Assembly (NCBI GenBank): GCA_040285855.1
Contig: JAUFOQ010000005.1
Coordinates: 806,001-870,000, forward strand
Source: Eukaryota sp. GEM-RC1
Taxonomy: Eukaryota
Length of the DNA: 64,000 bases
Reading direction: 5' to 3'
In this document: positions 49,278 to 60,253 of the stretch, one piece after another
Layout: each line of letters starts with the position of its first letter
Position numbering within the stretch: the first letter of the stretch is position 1
Notes under the pieces: model-generated
What the model was told of the DNA's origin: nothing
The model's database searches: none
The model's input: only the letters and a program-made list of their open reading frames with translations
Translations under genes and position numbers: made by a program

Positions 49278-50776
49278 AGTTCAAGAGTAGATGTGGATCA
49301 TTTAATATCTTTTAAGTACTAGTTGTTTGTATTTCGTTAATTTATAACATAAAATTATTTTATAGTTATTATCAACTTTATTTTTCCCAATAAACAGTAT
49401 TTGTGATTACTATTTGTGATTGTGATCACACTGACAGAACGAGTGTGATCAACAAGTATGGTATGAAGTAGTGTGTGTCCATCAAATTCCAATTCGTCTA
49501 GTTATGTTGTGACTCCTACTGATTCAAACACACTTGCCTCTTCTCCCACTGTACTGTTTACATCTCAACTGCGCGGATATCAGCGCAACAACGTAATCTT
49601 CGACAACCCCTTATAGGATAGGTGCTCGTTGAAATGGAGAGTCAAGGGGTATGATATCTATTTCTCTTCAATTTTTCTGAAAAGTCAGGGGAGAAACCTC
49701 AATTTTGGCTTGATTAAATGCACACCTTTTTCATGCACTAACTGTAATCACATCAAAAACCTTAGAAGTTGAATCTACCAGTAGATGAAATTTTTCAGTT
49801 CATAATATCTTGAGTGCTCACCCACTCTCTATCATAATCTGTAGTTTTTGGTGAGTTTCTATAGTATAGAACAAAAGTTCAACTACATTCGGCGTGAAAA
49901 CGATGAAACGTAGAAAGTTTTCCGCAATACCACTTTGTAGTATACTTGATTATTTTAAATGGTCTTATCAAAGTAACACATATGTGTCCACCTGCAATAC
50001 AATTGAAATACACCCACGTGATAGAAATAGTGTATTTGTATTTGTATTAATACAGAGGCATGAAGTTGTATTTCCCATTTATGTTTTAAAACAACCCACA
50101 ATACTGATCAACATGAATTTGATCTTACTATTTCATATTTCACATGGTAACACTGTATCAGGTCTTCATCGATCAAGAACCAATCGTTTTGAAAACACGA
50201 CAAGTCGTCTATGTGATGGAAAATCACTCCCTGTTTTAGTCAGAGTTGATATAACTATTGATTTTATGTAGAGAATATCAAAATTAGTTAAAGTAGGAAA
50301 TAGTGTTGGTCGCTGTGGTTAATGTTAAAGCAACAACGGAAACAATTCTGATGATGCAATGATGATTCTAATTTCACTGAATTGAATTCAAATACCAGCG
50401 GCAACAAGGGCATACATATGGTGGTCTTTGTATAGGCAATTGTTGATGAAAAAGGATAATAATAACTGGAACTAGCAGTTCAACCGTAACTGTTTGGAAT
50501 TTCCTCCGGTTGAGCTGTTAGAATCACATTATACTTGTACTGTACCTTTCATTCCTGTTCTAATGTTGACCTTATTAAAACAAAGTACAGTATGTACTAA
50601 CAGAATTTCAGTAGATGAAGACTCAATACGATATTTATAGATAAAGTGTAGATTAAATCAGGAAAACGGACAAAAAGATTTAGAATAATTGAACAACCAC
50701 ATTTTTACATTACATAATAAATAAGAGTTTTCTAAAATACACAACCAAAACAAGAAACCTAAAACAAAATGAACAC

Positions 50777-51727
50777 CTACCTCACATTCTTCAAAGTCCA
50801 GCATTCATTCTCAACTAATGAAATCATTTCCTTCAACCTCGACACTTCTGACTCATGACTGGTAACAAGCTCTCGAACTGAAAGTGAATTCTCTTGTTGA
50901 TTAAAATCAGATAGCTCCTCAAACTTCTTCAGTTTTTCCATTAGATACATTACCCTTCTAGATTCAAGTAGCAGTTTTTCATTTAAGTGAGTCACCATTC
51001 GTTTCGTCTGGATTCTTCTTGACTTTTCTGAATTCATGAGAAGTCTGTATTGATCTAGTTTCTGAAGATACCCTAGTTCAGCAGCTGTTTGGATCTGAGA
51101 AACCATGTTTAACACACATATTTCTGCCTCTATCTCGTGTATTGGGGAGAGAGAAGTAGATGAGGAGTCTGTGGATGTTTGTAAGGCTTGTGATATAGCG
51201 GAGGTTGGAGAAGATGTGGAAGAAGAAATCGACGATATTCCTCCATGGACAAGAGATCGTAGTCGTGAGATGCGGGAAGTCATTTCGTGTAGTTTATGTG
51301 TTACATAAGGTTCAGAGATCGGTATCGGAGGTTGTTGGGGGTTGTTAAGGAGGGAACTGTAGTGATCTGCATGAGATAGAGAAACTGTTTCATGATAACG
51401 TCTGAGATTATCTAACTCATTCGTAGATTCTTCATAGTCTTCTAACAGAGCATTGAAGGATAGAACATGCTGGTCACAGTCAGTATTCAGTGCTCGATAA
51501 TCCAAGTGAAGGGTATTGAGTTCTTCTGTTACGGATTCGATGTGTTCATAAGAATCATTAAGTTGTTGTTGTAGCTCTTGAGTGGCTTTCACTTTAGACT
51601 CGTAAGCAGAGTATAGCTTCTGGCCTTGAATTCGTATCCGATCAAGTTCTTGAAGTGCTTCTTCCTTCTCAAGTAAAGCGATGTTTAGTTGTTCTGAAAG
51701 CTGTAAACAGTGTGGACATGAGTTCAT
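50777..51727 (-). CDS. Coiled-coil hypothetical protein
   Basis: Long open ORF with heptad-rich E/Q/L segments and a Ser-rich linker; first ATG at 51727. Confidence 0.7.
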   Translation of the reverse strand: MNSCPHCLQLSEQLNIALLEKEEALQELDRIRIQGQKLYSAYESKVKATQELQQQLNDSYEHIESVTEELNTLHLDYRALNTDCDQHVLSFNALLEDYEESTNELDNLRRYHETVSLSHADHYSSLLNNPQQPPIPISEPYVTHKLHEMTSRISRLRSLVHGGISSISSSTSSPTSAISQALQTSTDSSSTSLSPIHEIEAEICVLNMVSQIQTAAELGYLQKLDQYRLLMNSEKSRRIQTKRMVTHLNEKLLLESRRVMYLMEKLKKFEELSDFNQQENSLSVRELVTSHESEVSRLKEMISLVENECWTLKNVR

Positions 51728-52395
51728 CCGACGAAGTGATGTGGGAAGCAATAAAGAAACTTCTACCAGAAGTGATGACTTTAATTGTCTCGAATATGTA
51801 GTCTCATCCTAAACTACTGTATGGTTTTCAGCATGTCGTCAGGATTCTTTGCTGTGACACATGTCTAATTGTCTGGAATAGTATTTCTGCAGAACTATTC
51901 TACTCAAGCAATAATCACTTCTACTGTGGTCCTTCCTTAATAAGCCACGATATCAGACAATGGAATACATGTATGTCAATTAATATTAGAATAGATTATG
52001 TACATGAACACTGAGAGTTGGATCAATTCTAATTTGCTGAAGTTCCTTGATATAAAGAGTTTATTAGCTACTATTTCGTGATCGTCCTCCAAAAACATTT
52101 CCTCAGACCATATTGAACACATTCACCTGATTGATATCATAGTTTAAGAGAATTCACGATACGAGTATGAGCGTTTTAGTTGTATCAATTGATGAAGCTT
52201 TGCAATTTGAAGAACTCACTTTTACAATCCGCTAATATCACTTCTCTGAGTTATGAACTACTAAAGTTAAACTGTCTATATACTCACAAAAGGATTAGTG
52301 GCAGAGTATTAGTACGCACCAAAAGCGACTTACTATTGACAGAATTTGATTGAAAGAAACACAATTCTTGACCTTTTTGACCTTTTCTATCAAAA

Positions 52396-52947
52396 ATGTT
52401 GCTTCTTGTTGTGCTGGTCTTTATATCGATTTCTCTCTCTTACTGTGAGTCCAACAGGATGAATATTGCTATCATTTTTGCTTCCAAACACGGTGCCGTG
52501 TCTACCGTTGTTGATTACATGAAGAACAAGATCAATGATGCCCCAGTAACAGTGTTTGATGCGAAACACGTCAAGCGTTCTGATATCGAGAACTTCGATA
52601 CGTATATTGTTGGAGGATCCATATACGCTGGCTCTATTCAGGGCTATCTTTCAACGTTTCTGACGTCTAACGAAGACCTATTCTCTCAAAAGCGCCTAGC
52701 CCTATTCTTGTCGTGTATGAATAAGCCACAACAACAAGAAGCATTCGATAGAGCCTATCCTGAAACACTCCGATCGTCTTCTATCCACAATTCATTTGTT
52801 GGAGGAGAAATCATCATGACCAAACTCAACTGGTTTGAACGTTTTCTGACCCGTGTTTTCGGAAAAACAACTGAATCTGTCTCTGACATTAACTATGATG
52901 AGATTGATCAATTGATAGTTGCAGTTAAAACTTTTAAAAGCTCATGA
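52396..52947 (+). CDS. Flavodoxin-domain (HemG/Flavodoxin_5-like) protein with signal peptide
   Basis: MNIAIIFASKHGA, IVGGSIYAG, LALFLSC, GGEI...KLNWFER; preceded by MLLLVVLVFISISLS. Confidence 0.85.
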   Translation: MLLLVVLVFISISLSYCESNRMNIAIIFASKHGAVSTVVDYMKNKINDAPVTVFDAKHVKRSDIENFDTYIVGGSIYAGSIQGYLSTFLTSNEDLFSQKRLALFLSCMNKPQQQEAFDRAYPETLRSSSIHNSFVGGEIIMTKLNWFERFLTRVFGKTTESVSDINYDEIDQLIVAVKTFKSS

Positions 52948-53120
52948 AACTCCATATAGGTTTGTAAATAAATTTTTGATTGAAAACTACATATATTGAA
53001 CAAAAGTAGGGAAATACTCCACAAAAGTACAATGCAAATTGGTATAAAAACCAATAAAAAACTAAAAAAGAGTTTAGAAACTCTTCCACAAAACTAAAAA
53101 CCTATAAATACAAAATTACA

Positions 53121-54089
53121 TCACTCAGATTCAGACCTGTGCTGATTCTGATTACACAAGTTGTTCAACTTATGCAATATCTGTACAGAAAGAACAGCCG
53201 ACCGCAGCTTTCTTCGCGCGTTAAACACCTTCATCTGATCCACCACATTGGTCATATGATCAGAACTACTGTCACGGACAATGAAAGGATGTAGAAGCGC
53301 CTGGTCAATATTGATTCGCTGAGTTGGATCAACAATGAGCATTTGTCCTATCAGATTCTTACAGTCATCAGAGAAATGGTCACAGAAGGGAGTCACGAAG
53401 GAATACTTACCAGTAATGATTTTGTTGAACATTTGAGCATTGGTGTTACCAGTAAAGGGTGCAAATCCAGACATCATTGTGTAGAGAACGACACCTAAAG
53501 ACCAACAATCGCAATGGTAATCATAAGGTTGTTTTCTCAGTATTTCGGGAGAAATGTAGGCAGGTGTTCCACATTGTGTCTCTAGAGGGACAGGTTTACC
53601 ATCAATGTCTATATCAAGACGAGCCAACCCAAAATCGGCGATTTTAACCACTTCGTGACCATCAATTGTGGAGAAAAGTATGTTTTCCGGTTTAAGATCT
53701 CGGTGGATGACATTGTTGGAATGCATATAAGAAACAGCAAGTAGGATTTGCTTGAATATCTCAGAGGCCTCTTGCTCGGAATATGACCGCTTGTTTATGA
53801 TACGATCCAGCAGCTCTCCACCATTGCAGTATTCCATAACAAGATACACTTTGGATGAAGTTTCCACAGCATCAATGAAGTGAACAATGTGGGGATGTGA
53901 CATGTTTCTCATCACATTGATCTCACGAAGAAGCTTGGAGTAGTCGACCTTAGACTTTTTGACGACCTTGATGGCCACTGTTTGATTAGTTGCCTTCTGA
54001 ATAGCCTTTCTAACAGTTCCAAAGCGTCCAGTCCCGATTTTTTCTTTAAGTTCATAGAAGTTTCTGATTGAAGGTGGCTTTTCTGCCAT
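53121..54089 (-). CDS. CaMK-group Ser/Thr kinase (CaMK1-like)
   Basis: GTGRFG, VAIK, HRDLKPEN, DFG, CGTPAYISPE; C-terminal FNARRKLR calmodulin-binding segment. Confidence 0.95.
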   Translation of the reverse strand: MAEKPPSIRNFYELKEKIGTGRFGTVRKAIQKATNQTVAIKVVKKSKVDYSKLLREINVMRNMSHPHIVHFIDAVETSSKVYLVMEYCNGGELLDRIINKRSYSEQEASEIFKQILLAVSYMHSNNVIHRDLKPENILFSTIDGHEVVKIADFGLARLDIDIDGKPVPLETQCGTPAYISPEILRKQPYDYHCDCWSLGVVLYTMMSGFAPFTGNTNAQMFNKIITGKYSFVTPFCDHFSDDCKNLIGQMLIVDPTQRINIDQALLHPFIVRDSSSDHMTNVVDQMKVFNARRKLRSAVLSVQILHKLNNLCNQNQHRSESE

Positions 54090-54160
54090 TATTTTGGGGA
54101 AAGAGTTTCAGACGAAAAAAACCACTTCTTTCCCAAGTCAACCTTTCTTTTCCTAAGTTA

Positions 54161-56822
54161 ATGCTAGTTGGAGGAACTCTAGGTCTGGGACCCACTTTGT
54201 TTTCAGCTGATGGTAAGATTCTTTACTGTCCCGTCGGAGGTACTCTTCATCTTTATTGTGTATCTTCCGGCAAACTCCTGAGTTCTAAGTCTCTACATAC
54301 AGATAAGATTACTGCACTTATACCCTGTTTTGATACCCATGAACTACTTACTGCGAGTCTTGATGGATCTATCATTATGTGGGACATCCGTAAATGGAAT
54401 CCCACTGCCATGTCCAAACTTGGCTTCCCCATCCATCACATTGCCACTCACCCAAACTACCCAGCTCAAGTCTTTGTTGTTCATGACCGTCCCTCTCGTC
54501 CTGAGAAAACCAGAACCCACCACACCTCTTTCGGAAGAGTCACCCTCGGTGAATCCTCCATGACAAGACTCATGCACGTCAGCATAATCCCCCCTAATCT
54601 CGCTCTCTCTGACTGTGGTCGTTATGCCTTCCTCTCTGATAAGAACTGTGTCTTCATCCATGACATCGCCAACGGTCGATCTACCCAAGCCTACCTCCCT
54701 GAACAGTACATCCCTACTCTCCTCCAGTACACCCCCAGTGGTCTCATTACTGGTGATAAGAGTGGTCGTCTACTACTGTGGAAATCTGCCATTGAACACT
54801 ACCCAGTCATTGGTCAATCTCTTAAGTCAAGAGCTTCCAGATATGAAACTGAAGTTGATATGGCTGAGCTAGCTATCTTTCATTGGCATTATGGTCCAGT
54901 GAGTGATGTTTACTACTACGGAACTGGTCATTCAGAGCATTTGATCTCTGTTGGTAGGGAAGGTGTTATTGTCATTTGGGATCTTAAAACACGTGAGCGA
55001 GAGTTTGTCCCTCGTTTCGGATCTCCTCTCACCAACGTGATGATGTCTCCTGATTGCCAGACCTTCAGTGTTTGCTCAGCCAGTGGATCTATTCACATCG
55101 TTAAAAAGAATATGTTTGGAGCCCTGGGATACTCAGTTATCCACTCTTTGACTACGCTTAGACTTCCTAATGCTAGTTATCCTCAAGCTTATCCTTTGAT
55201 TGGACATAAGCTGTCTGAGAATCACACTCCAATGTTTTTAAAGGAGAGTATTTTGATTCCTGATGCTTCGCCCTCTTCTCTTCAGTTGTTTCATCTTCGG
55301 CAGGGATGTAATAAGTTCATTCTTAATGTTACAGAGGAGCCGTATCAAGCTTCTGGATTTGGTAATCAAACCTATCCTGCTATCGTCACGTCATATGACG
55401 TGTCTGATGCACGTTGGATTGTTGCCACTCAAGCCACGTTTTGTGATTCAATTTTGACCTCTAAAATGGAGGCGTTTAATGTTTATGTTAAGTTTTATTC
55501 ATTTGGTGTTACTCATGATACACCCTCCCTGAATACCATCTCTATCTGCCCCGCATCACGTGGATTTGTGACCTTTGTTAATTTCCTTACTTCTACTACA
55601 GTAGTTGCCCTGTTTTCTACTGGTTGGTTGAGGATTTATGAGCTGACTGCCAATCAGACCATGTCATCAATGTCGAAGGTCAAAAGAGTGAAATCACTCA
55701 GAAATGGACGGTAACCCACGAGATTGAACTACCAACTATTTCAAATATTCCAACATATTCTGTTACTTCTGCGTCTCTTTCTAGAGATGGATCTGTTCTA
55801 GCAATTATGGTCGATGACGTGCTCCAACTCTGGTCAATTCAAAAATCCCCTAAATTTTTAAAAAGTAAGAGTTTTCCCTCTGGATCTAATTTTACTGTTC
55901 AATTTGTTGAAACTGTAGGAGCAACTCCAATGATCTTGCTCCACAACACTACTGAAGTCTTACTCTACAATGCAGTGGACTTTGTTAGACAACAACGATT
56001 AAAACGAACTCACATCGTATCCGTTTCCACTCCTTCTAGTAAAACTCTCGAGAAAGCTCAGAAACTAGAAGAAGGAAGGTTCGTGATTGTATACGTGTTC
56101 AATGGTAATCTCAAAGTTGACCTGTTCGAGACCTCCAAGCCGACCCCACTCTATACTCATGTTATTCCTACAACTATTTGTACAAAGGTGTTTAGATCAT
56201 TCTGGATAGCTTCACCTACACCTCAATCTGATATCCCTTCATTAGTCCCTGTAGTTTTAACTAACTTTGGTTGGGTTTATGCAGTTTCTGATTTCGGAAC
56301 TGAGTCTTTCAACACTGTTTTTGAGCGGAAAGTTGGATTAGAAGAGGAAGGTACTTATGATGAGGCTGTACGGACTACCATGGCCAAGGAGCTCTTGGGA
56401 GAAGTAATTCAGGTCGAAAACATTACCACTACTAGGATTGACAAGGATTTTATTCCTCAAATTATCTCTAAGAACAACGACCGGTTGTTTTCAGCGCCTT
56501 TTTCTCCCTTCCACCTCCAGCTAAGATGTTTGACACTTTGTTTAAAGATGTTGCACAGGAGAAAGTTGAGGAGATGGATTCAACTGAGAATTTTGTCAAA
56601 AAACCTAATACTGTTCTTGCTTTAAGTAATCAAGAGGTGTTGGGCGGTGTTTTGAGTAGTTTTAGTAATGACTTTGTGTTGAAGCTGGGTTCGTTTGCTT
56701 TAGATGTACCTGCTTTAGTTGCTCCAAAGACTAGGAAACGAACTGGTTCGCCTAAGTCTAGTAGAAGACGACCGTTAACTCCTGTGAGACGTTCTAGTCG
56801 GTTAGCCAGCAAATCATCATAG
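54161..56822 (+). CDS. WDR75: WD40 protein WDR75/UTP17 (NAN1), t-UTP complex; frameshifts near 55690 and 56500
   Basis: HWHYGPV, SVGREGVIVIW, FVPRFGSP are characteristic of Utp17; three consecutive ORFs complete the protein. Confidence 0.8.
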
Positions 56823-57290
56823 TTTTTTTAGTTCTTTTTATAAATTTAAAATATTATGCGTTCTGTATGGGAGGATTTTCGTGGGTGCTAAATGTAGGAG
56901 GTTTTTTGCAAAACTGGAAACAACACTATTTCTTTCTAAGAGAGGTTAGTTGTTTCTTTATCAAAAACTCATTTCCTTCAGTTCTTGTTCTAGTTGTCTT
57001 CCAGGATGGTAATGGAGAATACTGTCCAGTCCATTAGATCGAGAAACTCTAAGTGTTAGCCACACGTGTTATTGGTGAGGTAATGTCTTATTGTTCTCGA
57101 ATAGTGACATGATTGTGTATGTCACTAAAAATAATCCCTGGCAGTGTAATAGTGCATGACATGCTGCATGTTATCAATTTATTGATAACATTGAATATTC
57201 AATGAGAATTTCTGCACTGATTTCGATATGTCTACAGTACCCACTATACAGCTGTACACTTGCTGCTGTATCCAAGATTCATCATCCTAA

Positions 57291-57627
57291 ATGCTGTCTT
57301 CTGTTGTTTCTTCTCCAAGATCCCCTATTCTCTCCCCTGCTTAACAATTACTCTCAAGTTGCATGTCTATCTGTCCTCGACCGCTTTAAGAATGTTCCTA
57401 AAGTTCAGCAGATCCTAACTGATTACGGTTGTAACATACAGGCGCGTATAGGGCTTCACGAGACCGTATGTATCATTGTGTTATACTCATTTAAGGATCC
57501 TGAATGTTCCACCAAAGGTTTGATTATTCTTGCTATGGATACTCGTAACAGTAATATGTCTCAAAGATGTCTTGATGAGCTAAATTCTGTTCAAGGAGTC
57601 TCCGTAAAAACTGTAGAGTTTGATTAG
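57291..57627 (+). CDS. Small ACT-fold protein related to the bacterial putative iron-only hydrogenase system regulator family; intron 57466-57495; start uncertain
   Basis: DRFKNVPKVQQILTDYGCNIQARIGLHET^DPECSTKGLIIL...ELNSVQGVSVKTVEF after removing a 30-nt GTATGT...AG intron. Confidence 0.7.
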
Positions 57628-57914
57628 ATTTCATCTTTTAAAATCGGGTAAAGCCGTATTAATTGTGATACAAAACTCTTTGACCAACTACTTCATGACA
57701 AACAGTTTCAACAGAATCAGAATGGCCAACACTCGCTCTACTTGATTACCACACGTGAATTAATCACCATCAAATGCATGAAATGTTACAAGAAATTTAT
57801 GATACTGTTCAAAAATGAATAAAAATTGAAAAATTTGACAACATTGAACATCAGTAGCATATTGAATAAAACACACGTAATCCAAAAGGTACTATAACTT
57901 ACAGCGTGCCCATC

Positions 57915-58518
57915 TTAACTGTGGAAGAACAATATCTGAAAGTTTAGATCCATCCAATCGTAAAACTCTTTAACATGTTCCTTCTTAGTCCCAGATGTCT
58001 CAATGACATCCCAATGATGTTTCAACTCAGAAAGACCTAATGCTTGACTAACTTCAGATGCAGGAACAAAATTGGAAAGATCCTTTTTGTTACAGAGAAT
58101 GACACGAGGAATGTCATCATTAATATGAGAGTCTTCATCTAACCGATGTAACTCCTCCTTTGCTTCTTGGAACCTTTCTGGTTTAGATCCATCAATGACG
58201 AAGGCTAGAAAAGAAGTTCTGTCATAGTAGTGTCGCCAATGTTGTCGGATATTGCATTGCCCTCCTACATCAAAGAGAGTAATGGGAGTATTCCTACCAA
58301 TGTCAACTTGTTCAACGTTGATAAAAATTGTGGGATGAGTGTCATGTATTGTTCCTTTTGACAACATAGACAGCAGAACTGTTTTCCCAGATTCATCAAG
58401 TCCAATCAACAGCCCACGAATCTCTTTTCTTTTTCTTGCCAAAGAAACCCATCCGAATGGCCAAGATCGCTGCTACAATTGTGATGGCTAGAGTAGTGGA
58501 GAAGATGCTGACGTTCAT
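57915..58518 (-). CDS. Arf-family GTPase with N-terminal hydrophobic anchor (paralog of 36203; 1-nt frameshift near 58450)
   Basis: GLDESGKT, DVGGQ, NKKD; LAFVIDGSKPERF shared with 36203-36796; upstream MNVSIFSTTLAITIVAAILAI. Confidence 0.85.
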
Positions 58519-58609
58519 GGACAAAAGATGGAAGTGATGATTTCTGAGTTCTTAAATAGACTCGACTTGAACCTCTTTTATTACAACACGCTACAAGTTC
58601 TCATCTTCT

Positions 58610-60253
58610 TTGTCCCTCATCAGCACGATCTTCACCTCTTCATTCCTCAGTCAGTCGTTTTGTTATGCTTCTTCACTGGTAACCTTTGATCTTCATCCCG
58701 AATGTATTCCCTTTGGTGTCTATATGATGAATAGCAAATATAGTTTGGGGGAATTCTTTGAATCAATCTTTATCAATCTCTCTTTGTTGACCATCAGTTT
58801 GGTACCCTTACTAATTACATCTGTCATCACACTCTATTATGTCTTACGTGATTCATCCTTATCGAGTGTGAGAATTTTCTACACACTCCTTGCAACAGAT
58901 CTAAAGAATGCTTCTCATACAATTCCTAGCTATGCAGCTTGTTTGGTTTGTTTCGCATTTCCCCCTACCCTTTTGGAATCACTTTGAGTTCCGGACAACT
59001 AGATATTTAGCAACGTGCCCAGTTTAAACACCATTAGTACTGTTTTTAGTTACAATTGGAACTATGCTGCTAATTATGATATCGAATACTTTCAAAAACA
59101 GCTGACTAAAAAGCCACAGGCTTTTTTGTAACCAGTATCAAAAAATAATTTAAATAATAACGAAACAGATGACGATGACGGTTTGGATGGTGGCTTTGAG
59201 GGTGTTTGTCTTATTACTCTTTCGTCATTCGCGATTACAGTTTTTGTTACTTTCATGACGACCATTTTCACTTCTGACAATCCACATAAACGCTTGCAAG
59301 TTCCTCTTTTCATATGTGTTATGAATGTTATTACATTGAAAGTGTTGCGGTTGTCGATACAAAATTTTACAGAATTACCTAATAGTCATTCTTCGAACAA
59401 TTCTATTAGACTGTGGTCCCTTCTGATGTTAAAGATGGCTTCATTTTTCACTTCTCTAGTGGCTCTAAACAATGATTTTTATCTAAACTCTGAATGTTTT
59501 ACCACTGTTGCTGGGTTGTATGTTTGCACTGTATTTCTCTTTACATTCTGTTTTGATGCTATTTTTATTAACATTCTGTTTTGATGTTATTTTTCCTTTC
59601 TTTTGGTACAAGATCGATCAGGTCTCTAAGTAAATCGCTTGAAAAACCTTTGTTTGACTTTACCTTTGACTCAAGCTAATGCTTTTTACTACCATGTTTT
59701 GAGCTTCGTTGCCCAATTCTTTGTCCCAACTTTTGGTTTAATTTCCTTCCCTATAGTGTTTCTTTATGGTAAGTATTTGTACTATAGTTTGAGGAATTAC
59801 TCACATTTACCTGCTGATAGTTACAATCATGATTGGTTGAGAAGTTCTTGTATTCGATGCTGTTTTATTGTTCAGACTGTACTTCTCGCTTTTTTCATTT
59901 ATTATTTGTCTTATAACTTTGACTGTGGCACTTTTGAAAACACCAAAATTATGAACCTCAGTGTGTTTACAAACCACGTGTTTTTGGTCTTGAGTGTTGT
60001 CCTTTGGTTATTGGTTAGTCATCGTTTTGTTTTAGAGTCAGTTAACAAACAACAACAAGAATTATTAAAATTCCACTACAAGTCGATTGATGTCCTGTAT
60101 GCTTACAGTAAGAAAGGTTATTTAGCATCAAGAGTATTTGGGATACAGTCTCAAAAACTTGTTTTGAAATATATTATGAATAATTTATTTTGGCTGCTGT
60201 ATTATTCATTGATTGATTGGGATCCTTTTACAGTCTACCCCAGGCTTCACTAA
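58610..60253 (+). pseudogene. TMC-like paralog, broken by several frameshifts/stops
   Basis: VFSYNWNY, CFTTVAG, YYHVLSFVAQFFVPTF, DCGTF; nucleotide similarity to 44.6-45.2 kb. Confidence 0.6.

Larger units (their letters stand above)
46860..49330 (+). mobile_element. 5'-truncated CRE-like non-LTR retrotransposon nested in hAT B and interrupted by two MITEs
   Basis: MRLRLGLFP, CCC...HIVSC...HNAVRD knuckle, RRGDL, VIDFTTV, FIPFAISI, WRNRIVF; SRVDV resumes after 49285. Confidence 0.8.
45848..49460 (+). mobile_element. hAT element B nested in A, with internally deleted transposase
   Basis: 19-bp TIR CATACTTGT(G/T)GATCACACT; 8-bp TSD GTATGAAG (45840-45847, 49461-49468). Confidence 0.92.
45623..50083. 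mobile_element. Outer hAT-type element A
   Basis: TIR CATAGTTGGAAAATAC vs CATAAATGGGAAATAC (13/16); 8-bp TSD TTTTAAAA (45615-45622, 50084-50091); gtattt subterminal repeats at both ends. Confidence 0.75.

Noticed and set aside
54161..56822. Programmed frameshifting or pseudogenisation of WDR75 and other split genes
   Set aside because: WDR75 is normally essential and similar 1-nt indels are scattered through many genes, often at homopolymers; sequencing error is more parsimonious, though untested.
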